The translations under genes and the position numbers were made by a program. From a bacterium (lineage in GTDB: Bacteria; UBA8248; JACPRG01; G963555815), in the NCBI GenBank assembly GCA_965218795.1, contig OZ244653.1:1344001-1408000 (forward strand): a stretch of 64,000 bases of DNA. Reading direction: 5' to 3'. Positions 10,476 to 18,779 of the stretch are shown here, piece by piece (within the stretch, counting starts at the first letter, position 1; every line of letters begins with the position of its first letter). A model generated the notes under the pieces. The model did no database searches. It was not told the origin of the DNA and worked only from the letters and a program-made list of their open reading frames with translations.

Positions 10476-11636
10476 GTGAACCGGCACCTTTTCATCTCGG
10501 TTTCTTGCCAAACCGCGGTCGGAGGCCTGTTCCTCAACCTTGCTCCGGTTACATCGGATCTCGTCCGCGAGTTCGGCGTTTCCTACGCCGATGTCGGTCT
10601 GGTGACTACGTCGTTCATCGTGGGCCAAGCCCTGATCTCCATGCCGGCCGGATATCTTTCAGATCGCTTCGGCGTGAAACGGATCTATCTGACCGCGAAT
10701 ATCTGCGTGGTATTCGTCGCCCTCTTGCTGGCTCTTTCGACGAGCATGGTCCAGATCACCATTCTCCGCTTCTTCCTGGGCGTGGTGATGGGCACGCAGT
10801 TCGTCGTCGGGAGCAGTTACTTGGCGTATTGGAGCCCGCCCGAGCGGGCCACGCTGTATCAGGGCCTGTATGGAAGCGGGTTCAATATCGGGATCACCTT
10901 ATCTTTCCTGCTGGCCGGACCCCAGGTCGGGCTACTCGGGTGGCGGGGCGTTTTTCTGGTTCCGGGGGTATTGACGGTATTGGCGACACTGGTCCTTGGA
11001 ATCAGCGGCATCGAGCCCAGGGATAAACCCGCGGGTCCGTCGGTCACCCTGGGGAGGCTTTTGGAGCTTCCGGTCCTGAGGCTGACCCTCCTCGGCGTCT
11101 GCATGTCCACGGCTTGGGCGACATTCGTCGTTTTGGGCGCTTGGCTGACAGAATACTTGATGGTCGAGCGGCAGGGCATCTTCTGGCTGAGCGCCGTCCT
11201 GGCGGGGATCAACATGGCGGGAAGCGGGATCGGGCGGGCGATGGGAGGCGTGGCGGCCAAACCCGGGAATGAAGGCCGGGCCCTGGTCTGGGTCTACGGG
11301 GCGGTGCTCCTGGCGGCGGCGGGGCTCCTGGTTCCGGCTCCGTTGCTGGTGACGCTGTTGTTGGCGTTTCTTGTGGTCACCCTTTCCTCCATGGGATTTG
11401 CGCCTACGATCCGTCTGGCCGTGCAGGACAGCCGGCCGGGTCTTCAAGGAACGGCGGTGGGATACGTGCTGGCGCTGGGGATGATCCTTGGATCGCCCCA
11501 ACCCTCGATTTTCGGGTGGCTGGTGGGGGTTTCGGGGTCCTTCACCGTGGGATTCCTCCTGATCCTGGCCTCTCCTCTGGCCGGCATCCTGGCCATCATC
11601 GGGTTTCGGGGGAAGAAAGCGGGGATTGCGGCGTAA
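10476..11636 (+). CDS. MFS transporter
   Basis: Motif A GYLSDRFGVKR; about 12 TM segments; GTG start chosen after the EamA stop. Confidence 0.88.
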   Translation: MNRHLFISVSCQTAVGGLFLNLAPVTSDLVREFGVSYADVGLVTTSFIVGQALISMPAGYLSDRFGVKRIYLTANICVVFVALLLALSTSMVQITILRFFLGVVMGTQFVVGSSYLAYWSPPERATLYQGLYGSGFNIGITLSFLLAGPQVGLLGWRGVFLVPGVLTVLATLVLGISGIEPRDKPAGPSVTLGRLLELPVLRLTLLGVCMSTAWATFVVLGAWLTEYLMVERQGIFWLSAVLAGINMAGSGIGRAMGGVAAKPGNEGRALVWVYGAVLLAAAGLLVPAPLLVTLLLAFLVVTLSSMGFAPTIRLAVQDSRPGLQGTAVGYVLALGMILGSPQPSIFGWLVGVSGSFTVGFLLILASPLAGILAIIGFRGKKAGIAA

Positions 11637-11794
11637 GCGTCAAGGAGGAGACGCAAGAATTACCAACGCCGAGGCGATTCCCTCGCGTTGTTCAGTCTGG
11701 GAGAAATAAGCGTCAGTCTTCCTTCCGGATGCCGGAAGGGCCGAACAAGCCCCGCATCCGGTTGGCCGGTCCTGCTTGAGCTCTTCGTAGGGAG

Positions 11795-12256
11795 TCACAT
11801 CTCCTTCAGTTTCTCCGCGAGCCTCTCCACAAATTCACGCAGTTCAGACAACTTCACTGTGGCACGGAACCCGCTAGCGTCATCGAACCGGAAAGCCGTG
11901 ACTTCGCCGCGCTCCGGTACCGGTTTAAAGCGGAAATGTGCGACTGCATTTCTTAGATGCCTCACCAAGTCGCGAAGAGTAGCCCGGTCATTTTTGAAGA
12001 GCGTGCCACAATACTCACATCGTGATTTCCTCCCGTATTTACCCCAATTCTGAATCGCATCGGGTGAGATTCCCCACTTCCGTCGGTCATCAATCGGGTC
12101 TGTTGGGATCGAATCCAGGCAGCTCTCACTCGGCACCAACAACAGACCGAGCAAGCAGTTCAACAGCAGAGTGGCATCGTAAGGTGTCTGGCAGTCTTTT
12201 ACGAGCTTAAGGCTCCTCTGTATAAATGCACTCTCGAAGTCAGAATTGAAGCTCAT
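11795..12256 (-). CDS. Stand-alone HEPN-domain nuclease (pEK499_p136-like)
   Basis: YDATLLLNCLLGLLLVP and RxxxxH motif RNAVAH; lower GC than flanks. Confidence 0.78.
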   Translation of the reverse strand: MSFNSDFESAFIQRSLKLVKDCQTPYDATLLLNCLLGLLLVPSESCLDSIPTDPIDDRRKWGISPDAIQNWGKYGRKSRCEYCGTLFKNDRATLRDLVRHLRNAVAHFRFKPVPERGEVTAFRFDDASGFRATVKLSELREFVERLAEKLKEM

Positions 12257-12284
12257 CGACTCATTACCTCCCAACTACAGAAGC

Positions 12285-12660
12285 TCAACCGCTCACAGTC
12301 TTCCGCTGGTAACCTGGCTGGTACAACTCAACCGTGAACCCGCCGGGGACCTTGATGGGGGTCGCCATGCCATATCCCGCGTCGGTCACCGCGTCCGTGA
12401 ACTCCACGCCTCGCTCCTTCAACTCGGAAACCGCCCTGTTGATGTCGTCGCAGTGAAAAGAGATGGACGAGGGACCGGAAGCAACGGACTGACCGCCCTC
12501 CATCTCTGATGGGCTGACAACCCATCTCCGCGTCAGGGAGGTCGAAGATCAGCCAGCCATGACCGACGTCCGTGGAGGGCAAGCCGAGCTTGTCGCGGAA
12601 AAACGCTCGGAGCGCTTCCGGCTCCGAGCCGTAGAACATGGCGTGTACTCCGGCCATCAT
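12285..12660 (-). pseudogene. VOC/glyoxalase-bleomycin resistance family protein, frameshifted
   Basis: MMAGVHAMFYGSEPEALRAFFRDKLGL...GWLIFDLP continues after an extra base near 12514 as ...ISFHCDDINRAVSELKERGVEF...VELYQP. Confidence 0.8.
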
Positions 12661-12850
12661 CGGAACCTCCTCCAATCGCATTGCGCTCCGTCTCGGCAGC
12701 GCGCAGAGAGTCCGTTGAACAGAGTCCGGGTCAGAGACCCGGTTCATGGCCAAGAGTGGAATCGTGTTCAGGTCGAAGGGGTCGCGCGGCGAGGAGGGCG
12801 GAGATGCTTCGGTCACAGGGGTTCGCCCAAGGCGTGACGCCCCGCCCCTC

Positions 12851-13789
12851 CTACTCGCCGAGCGCGGCGTGGGCCTGTTTCTGGCGATTGGCGGCAATGA
12901 GGTTGTCGGGATCGAAATCGGGGTCCAGCATGCGCCAGCTCTGCATCCACTCGTAAGTGCGTTGGAGCTCTTCCTCAGGGACCGGCGACGGCTCGATCAC
13001 CTGAAGCCGGCTTAGCGGGAAGTCGTCCACCGTCAGCGCGGCGAGCCCCGGGTGTTGGCCCTCGTGATAGTCCAGGAAGTAACGGAGGTACTTGCGCTTG
13101 TCGGCGTTGATCCGGTGGACGGCTTCGCTGACGGCGCGGTTGAACGCTGCATAGGTTTCAACGTCGACTTTTTCCGACGCCACCTCGGTTCCATGGTACG
13201 GCGCGAGAACCATGACGCGGCAGCCTTCCTTTTCGGCAAGCGTGAGAAAGGGCTCGGTCAGGGTGGTCGCCGCGATCTCACCCTTCATCAGCGAGTCGTA
13301 TCGTCTGCCCGAACCATTGGGCGCGCGGCAGGTCTTGATCGCCTCACGGGGCAGGAATCCCTCGATCATCAGCAGCGCAAGATAGTGGGTGCCGAAATAA
13401 TAGGGAATGCCGATCAGCTTGCCTGCGAGCTGCTGCGGGGTGTAGACATCCGAGCCCGGCGGGACGACGAGTCCGGCATAGACGATGATCGCCCGCCGGC
13501 CGATCTGGCGCCCCTTGACCGATGTGTCCTGAACGCGGCGGTAATTTCCCCATTCGCAGGCGTTGTACATATCGGCGCCGCCGGTCTCGAACGCCGCGCC
13601 GTGACTCGTGAAGGCGCTCAAACCGTCCGGCGTATTGATATCGACTTCGGTGGCCTTCGGCGCCTTTTTGTCGCGCTCCACCCATTCGATCTCCAGACCT
13701 TCCGCCTCGAACAGACCTTCATCACAGGCAACCAGTTCCGGCAGTCCCTGGAACGGCGCGGTCGTTTCCAGCGCAAGCTTGCGTTTCAT
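12851..13789 (-). CDS. ABC substrate-binding protein, NMT1/SsuA-like, no obvious signal peptide
   Basis: GLFEAEGLEIEWV, TPQQLAGKLIG; start at MKRKLALETT. Confidence 0.8.
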   Translation of the reverse strand: MKRKLALETTAPFQGLPELVACDEGLFEAEGLEIEWVERDKKAPKATEVDINTPDGLSAFTSHGAAFETGGADMYNACEWGNYRRVQDTSVKGRQIGRRAIIVYAGLVVPPGSDVYTPQQLAGKLIGIPYYFGTHYLALLMIEGFLPREAIKTCRAPNGSGRRYDSLMKGEIAATTLTEPFLTLAEKEGCRVMVLAPYHGTEVASEKVDVETYAAFNRAVSEAVHRINADKRKYLRYFLDYHEGQHPGLAALTVDDFPLSRLQVIEPSPVPEEELQRTYEWMQSWRMLDPDFDPDNLIAANRQKQAHAALGE

Positions 13790-14156
13790 CAGCAACCCCC
13801 TTTTCGGGCACATCAAACCCGGGTCAATACCCGCAATATAGCAGATTTCGGCGCCCGTTGGACGTTCCTGCTTGATCGGAAGTTCGCCCTGGCATGCGGG
13901 GTCATGGCTTCTTCCCCGTACTGAAGACAGAATCCAGCCGCTGGAGCCTGAACCGTCCTCAACGGGTCGTATGAGGTGTTGGGACTGATCCTGGGCGGCC
14001 ATGAAATCCCGATCGAGCAAACGCGCCCGCAAAGATGCCCTGAATTATTGATAAAGTAAGGTACTCTGATGACACACTGGGTGTGCGGCATTCCCAATCT
14101 GGCGTCACCCGGGCAATTCCGGTTCGAGGATTCCCCTTGGGTGAAGGGAAAGAGAA

Positions 14157-15155
14157 ATGGCTCAAGCGCAGGTCCAAAAGACCCTTCGGCGGGAAGGCTC
14201 CCTCTGGCCCGCTCTGCGGGATTACTGGCATGTGGTCGCCTGGTCGGAGGATGTGCGGGAGAACGGGATATTTCCAGCCACCCTGTTGGACGAAGATATC
14301 GTCGTGTGCAGGATCGAGGGCGAAGTCGTCGCGTTTTCCGATTTGTGCGTCCACCGGGGAACGCCCCTGTCCCTCGGGACCGTCGAAAACGGGCGGATCG
14401 TGTGCTGTTACCACGGCTGGGAGTATGACCCCGAGGGAAAGTGCACGCGGATTCCATCAATTCCTGACGAACACCCCATCCCCAAGAGGGCCTGCCTCGC
14501 GAAGTATCAGGCGGCGGAGCGTTACGGGATGGTCTGGGTCTGCATGTCCGACGAGCCGAGAACACCCATACCCGATTGCCCTCTGGCCGAGGATCCCGAT
14601 TTTCACATCTTTTTCCGGAACCATTGGCTTTGGAAGGCCGGAGCGGCCCGCGCGACGGAGAATTTCTTCGACCAGGCCCACTTCGCCTTTATCCATCGGG
14701 GGATCTTGGGAAGCCCCGACCATCCCCTCGTGACTGAAGCGCGGATTGACCGGGACGGGGAGGTTCTCCATTTCCAGGTGGATGCCCCGGCCACCATGAC
14801 CGCCGCCGATCCGCACGTCCGGAACTACAGCGTCTTCCGGCCTTTCCTGATCTATCACCGCAAGGAAATGCCCAACGGCGAGAAGGAGGTCTTCCTGAAT
14901 TACTCCAGCCCAAAATCCGCCAAGGAGACCATGCGGTTCATGACCGTCTACCGGAACTTCGAACTCGATCCAACCAAGGTGACGAATACCGAAGAATTGC
15001 AGGAGCTCATCATCGAGCAGGACCGGGTGGTCGTCGAGCGCCAAAGACCGGAGGAGCTGCCGCTGGACCTTTCGGAGGAGCTACATATCAAGTCGCCGGA
15101 CGCCATCGCTGTCCAGTACCGGAAATTTCTGCACGAGTTGGGCGTCGATACCTGA
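14157..15155 (+). CDS. Rieske non-heme iron oxygenase alpha subunit (VanA/demethylase-like)
   Basis: CVHRG...CCYHGW Rieske motif; ENFFDQAHFAFIH mononuclear Fe motif; EQDRVVVE. Confidence 0.93.
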   Translation: MAQAQVQKTLRREGSLWPALRDYWHVVAWSEDVRENGIFPATLLDEDIVVCRIEGEVVAFSDLCVHRGTPLSLGTVENGRIVCCYHGWEYDPEGKCTRIPSIPDEHPIPKRACLAKYQAAERYGMVWVCMSDEPRTPIPDCPLAEDPDFHIFFRNHWLWKAGAARATENFFDQAHFAFIHRGILGSPDHPLVTEARIDRDGEVLHFQVDAPATMTAADPHVRNYSVFRPFLIYHRKEMPNGEKEVFLNYSSPKSAKETMRFMTVYRNFELDPTKVTNTEELQELIIEQDRVVVERQRPEELPLDLSEELHIKSPDAIAVQYRKFLHELGVDT

Positions 15156-15230
15156 GGCTGTGCGTCCTGTCCCTCCAGCCCCGGGGAGGCGGACTTCCAG
15201 CCCGTCTTCAACAGACGCTCGGGGCCAAAG

Positions 15231-15286
15231 AGCCGGGGAGACGTTTTGAAAACTGTCCTCCCGATACCCTCTCCCCAAAAACTTTT
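15231..15286 (+). repeat. Palindromic interspersed repeat (GGGG-TTTTGAAAA-CCCC...ACTTT type), left copy
   Basis: Similar degenerate copy in inverted orientation at 16175-16236. Confidence 0.5.
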
Positions 15287-15313
15287 GCAGGCCAAGCCGG
15301 AGGCTTGGCCTGC
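15287..15313. terminator. Perfect 12-bp hairpin between the convergent Rieske oxygenase and hicB
   Basis: GCAGGCCAAGCC-GGA-GGCTTGGCCTGC. Confidence 0.5.
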
Positions 15314-15462
15314 TCGCGGTGTGAGGAGTGGGTCCGTTGACCGCCGGTGCAGCCAGGGCGGAAGGGTGATCCCGTACATGAACAGAGGGAGGGGAAAAAA
15401 CATGAAAACAAGGAAAAGAGGAGGATGCCCCGCCTCCCGGTTGTCTCAGGACTTGGGCTATA

Positions 15463-15783
15463 TTATTTCACCAATCGCGCGCTCACGAGCCGGTTTAGAC
15501 TCACGCCTTCTTCCGCTGCCTGGATAGCCAGTTCGCGGTGCATTTCAGGCGGTATGCGTACCACGAACTTTCCGCTATAGAAGCGGTCGGACAGCGGTTT
15601 GGGCACTGTCTCTCCGGTGGCGCGCATGTCCGCGACGACGCTACGAACCAGCCTTTGGATCCCTGATAGAGCCTTATCGGGAGTAGGCGCCAGCCAGCTC
15701 AGCGATGGGAATTCAGCGCACAGGCCAACGTTCTCGTTGTCTTCGGCAGACCATGTGATGCGGTAGGTGTAACGGTCGTCCAT
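15463..15783 (-). CDS. hicB: HicB family antitoxin
   Basis: YTYRITWSAED..VGLCAEFPSLSWLA; C-terminal YSGKFVVRIPPEMHRELAIQAAEEGVSLNRL. Confidence 0.9.
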   Translation of the reverse strand: MDDRYTYRITWSAEDNENVGLCAEFPSLSWLAPTPDKALSGIQRLVRSVVADMRATGETVPKPLSDRFYSGKFVVRIPPEMHRELAIQAAEEGVSLNRLVSARLVK

Positions 15784-16031
15784 TCCATGCTCTCCAATTT
15801 CTCGATTGCCTTGATGACTCGGCGGACTTGATATGGTTTTGCCATGCCTTTGGCATTCTGAATATTCACTCTGGGGTCGCCCGGCCACGGAGTGCGGTAA
15901 ACCCGATGGCTTGCGCCTTTCTGGCGTGGTTTTCCGAAGAATTTGTCACATGTTTCAGCCAGGTCGGAGAACCGGACACCCTTCGGGTTGCGACGAAGCG
16001 CTTTAAGAATTGTCTCAGCATCCTTACCCCT
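15699..16031 (-). CDS. hicA: HicA family toxin; start codon unclear, C-terminus extended into hicB
   Basis: NPKGVRFSDL..CDKFFGKPRQKGASHRVYRTPWPGDPRVNIQ..GMAKPYQVR. Confidence 0.8.
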   Translation of the reverse strand, partial: RGKDAETILKALRRNPKGVRFSDLAETCDKFFGKPRQKGASHRVYRTPWPGDPRVNIQNAKGMAKPYQVRRVIKAIEKLESMEWTTVTPTASHGLPKTTRTLACALNSHR

Positions 16032-16174
16032 TATAATAGTATCGTTAATAGTATTAAACTGTAGCGATATCAATACATTTCTTTCATTTTTCTCAAAAAA
16101 TTTCAAAAGGCTTTAGAACGGAAATTTCCTCGGCCGGATGCCGGCTTTTGTGCGGACGCGCAAGGCGCGCCGTC

Positions 16175-16236
16175 ACGAATGGAAAGTATCGCTTGGGGGT
16201 ACGGGGGGGGGGCGGCTTTTTAAAAAGCGCCCCCGC
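16175..16236 (-). repeat. Palindromic interspersed repeat, right (inverted) copy
   Basis: Reverse complement GGGGGCGCTTTTTAAAAAGCCGCCCC...GTACCCCC...ACTTT resembles 15231-15286. Confidence 0.5.
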
Positions 16237-16378
16237 TTGCAATGAGCACGACCTGCACCAATCTTCACCGGACACAAGGGTTCATGATTTTCGATTTCAC
16301 TCTTCAGCCCGGCTGCGGCGCCCGATGGGCGCCGCGAGATCGCGGAGGCACGTTGTCTCCCGGACGGGAACTGTTGAC

Positions 16379-18079
16379 TCAGTGCGTGTTGAAGACGGCT
16401 TGATAGGCCTTGAGCTTCTCTCGGATTGCCGCCAATTCCTTCTCGGTCGGGTTGTCGGGGTCCGCCGCCGGAGGCAGGCTGCCGAACTTCATCTGGCAGG
16501 CCATCAACAGCAGCCGCGCTTTGGTGGAAGTCAGGTTCGAGCCGCTGACAAAAAATTCGTAACGGGGCGGAAACCCTTCCGTGTTGCCGCGACCAACGCG
16601 CACCACCGGCATCCCGCAGTGTACGGCTTTGAGCATGAGCCGTTCGCGCGCCATGGAGGTCATCAATCCGTAAGGCGATAGACCTTCCACGGCAAACCCC
16701 GCCAGCGGCGCATGATCCAGGTTGTATTCGATGAGAGCAATCAGATCGACTTCCCGGCTGGGATCAACCTCAAAGTCGTCGGCAATATAGCTGCCGTCTT
16801 TGACGATCGAGACCTTCGGGATGGCGTCCTCAACAAGTTCACCGTCAGGCGTCTTGATCGCCACGGGAACCGTCGTGAGGCCTCCATCCGTACGTCTCAC
16901 ACCCATGACCTGATCCGGCAACCCGGAGATATTGACTTCCGATAGATGCGTGTGGCGCGTAGCCGGGAGGTAATGCAGCACCGGTGAGCCGTCATGACCG
17001 GCCGCACCGAGGATACCGCCATGCCCGCCGGTTGCCACATAGCCGCCCGGACGCGCATCGGCCTTCATCACTTCCCGGGCGGCAAAGACCCGCTGCTCCT
17101 GGATGAGAACCATTCCCGCGCGGTTGCGGCCGTTGTCATCGGCCCAGACCCGCGAGCAGATATAATCAACGGAATCAACAATGTTCTTCGGCCCATCATT
17201 GCTGATCTGGCCCTGAGGGCGCTGTGCGGCATTACCGCAGATCGGCAAGGTCGTATCGAGCAGCAAGTTGAACCAGTAGATCGTTTCTTCGATACGCGGA
17301 CTTCCCTGGGTCCAGATCGCCCCATCATAGTCGCCGCTGGAAAGGACCCGTTGCACGATGTTTGTCATGCGGGCCAGGCTCGGACGGGGCGGCGCTGCGC
17401 CGAGGTGGAACGGTTTGTATGGGAAGAAATCCTTGCCACGGCGTTCAGGGGCGATGTCGCCCGTCCCGACATCCGTTCGGCGAGCAGCAGAAAGGCCTTT
17501 CGTATAGCCCGAGGGAGGGAGCACCCGGAAGTAATCAACATCCGCTTTGGAGGAGATCGTGTTCCCTACGCCCTCTTTACTCACATTCAGCCGGTCGATT
17601 TCCTCGAAACTGCGAGAGCCGTCAGGAAAGAACGGCTGCCGGGCTTTTTCCATCGGGGCTTTGGGAGCCGCGCACTCCTCCTCCCAGGCTTGGCCATCAG
17701 CCTGACGGGCCATATACGGCAGGGGGTACAGCCCATCCTCCGGCTCAATCAGGACCTCGTAGACGGGCGTGTCGCTTTCACTTTGCGGTTCCTTATGGAA
17801 GTCCCCTTTTTCATCAATGTAGCCGTCCGGAGGGCCGTATAGTTCAGCGGCATCCGCTTCAAGCGGGTGGGCGCTGAATTGTTCGACGTAGACGGTGGCG
17901 GACTTGGCCAGGCGCTGCGGCCGAAGCACGTCGAAACGTACCGGCGAGTTGTCGGGATGGGTCATCTCCGGAAGATCATACTTTTTTCGCGCCTTACTGC
18001 TCGTCACAAGGGGGGGAGTGTTCTGGATCGTGGCGTTCGGACCGGACAGATGTGCAATACGGGGTCTGGAAGTGTTCAT
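16379..18079 (-). CDS. Divergent asparaginase/glutaminase-superfamily protein
   Basis: LSGPNATIQN N-terminal motif, WTQGSPRIEET, AAQRP..SNDGPKNI, NLTSTKARLLL..FNTH C-terminus. Confidence 0.78.
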   Translation of the reverse strand: MNTSRPRIAHLSGPNATIQNTPPLVTSSKARKKYDLPEMTHPDNSPVRFDVLRPQRLAKSATVYVEQFSAHPLEADAAELYGPPDGYIDEKGDFHKEPQSESDTPVYEVLIEPEDGLYPLPYMARQADGQAWEEECAAPKAPMEKARQPFFPDGSRSFEEIDRLNVSKEGVGNTISSKADVDYFRVLPPSGYTKGLSAARRTDVGTGDIAPERRGKDFFPYKPFHLGAAPPRPSLARMTNIVQRVLSSGDYDGAIWTQGSPRIEETIYWFNLLLDTTLPICGNAAQRPQGQISNDGPKNIVDSVDYICSRVWADDNGRNRAGMVLIQEQRVFAAREVMKADARPGGYVATGGHGGILGAAGHDGSPVLHYLPATRHTHLSEVNISGLPDQVMGVRRTDGGLTTVPVAIKTPDGELVEDAIPKVSIVKDGSYIADDFEVDPSREVDLIALIEYNLDHAPLAGFAVEGLSPYGLMTSMARERLMLKAVHCGMPVVRVGRGNTEGFPPRYEFFVSGSNLTSTKARLLLMACQMKFGSLPPAADPDNPTEKELAAIREKLKAYQAVFNTH

Positions 18080-18779
18080 AGGACCACCTGTTCCCTTCGC
18101 GATAAGAAATCTCTATGTAGGATTGTCATCATGGGTCAGTATGTACCAAAGCGGCACAAACTGTTTTCAATGGAAAATGCCCATTTCAAGTGTCGGACAG
18201 GCTTGTACCCATCACTCGTTACTGTTCAGCCAGATTAGACTTCTCTCTACTGAACCTGTCAACGCCTTCTCGAGCGCCCGAAACCGTCATCGGAGCGGTG
18301 TATTTGATTGAATACGGCGCCACCCCTCAGGGTAGCCGAGCCTTGCCCGCAGACCCACCGAAGACAAAATGCTGAATGACCGGAATTCCCCATATTGCCC
18401 TGTAAGATTCGCCTTCCGGTCCATCTTGCCGATGGAATCAAATTGAAACCATCCCCTTCCTCCTCTGAAAGTTCTCCAACCCGACGGAATGGTAGCCTGA
18501 TGGGCTTTGCGCGTGCGGAAATAACTGCCCCTCGACTCTCGGTCGCCTTGGCCCGCAATCCAACCCGATAAACATACAACTTTCTGCCAGCGAGTAACCC
18601 TATGGGAGGGAGAACGTCCATCCGGGCACCCGAGCCTTCAATGCCTGACCCTTCTTTGCGCTTCAGCCAAGATGCTGGAATATAATGCCTGATGTATTTT
18701 CGCCCCCCCTTGGTGGAGCGGAAATCTCTGGCTGACATCTTGGCATTCAGAGTGGCTTACCCGGAAGGCTCCCGGACAA

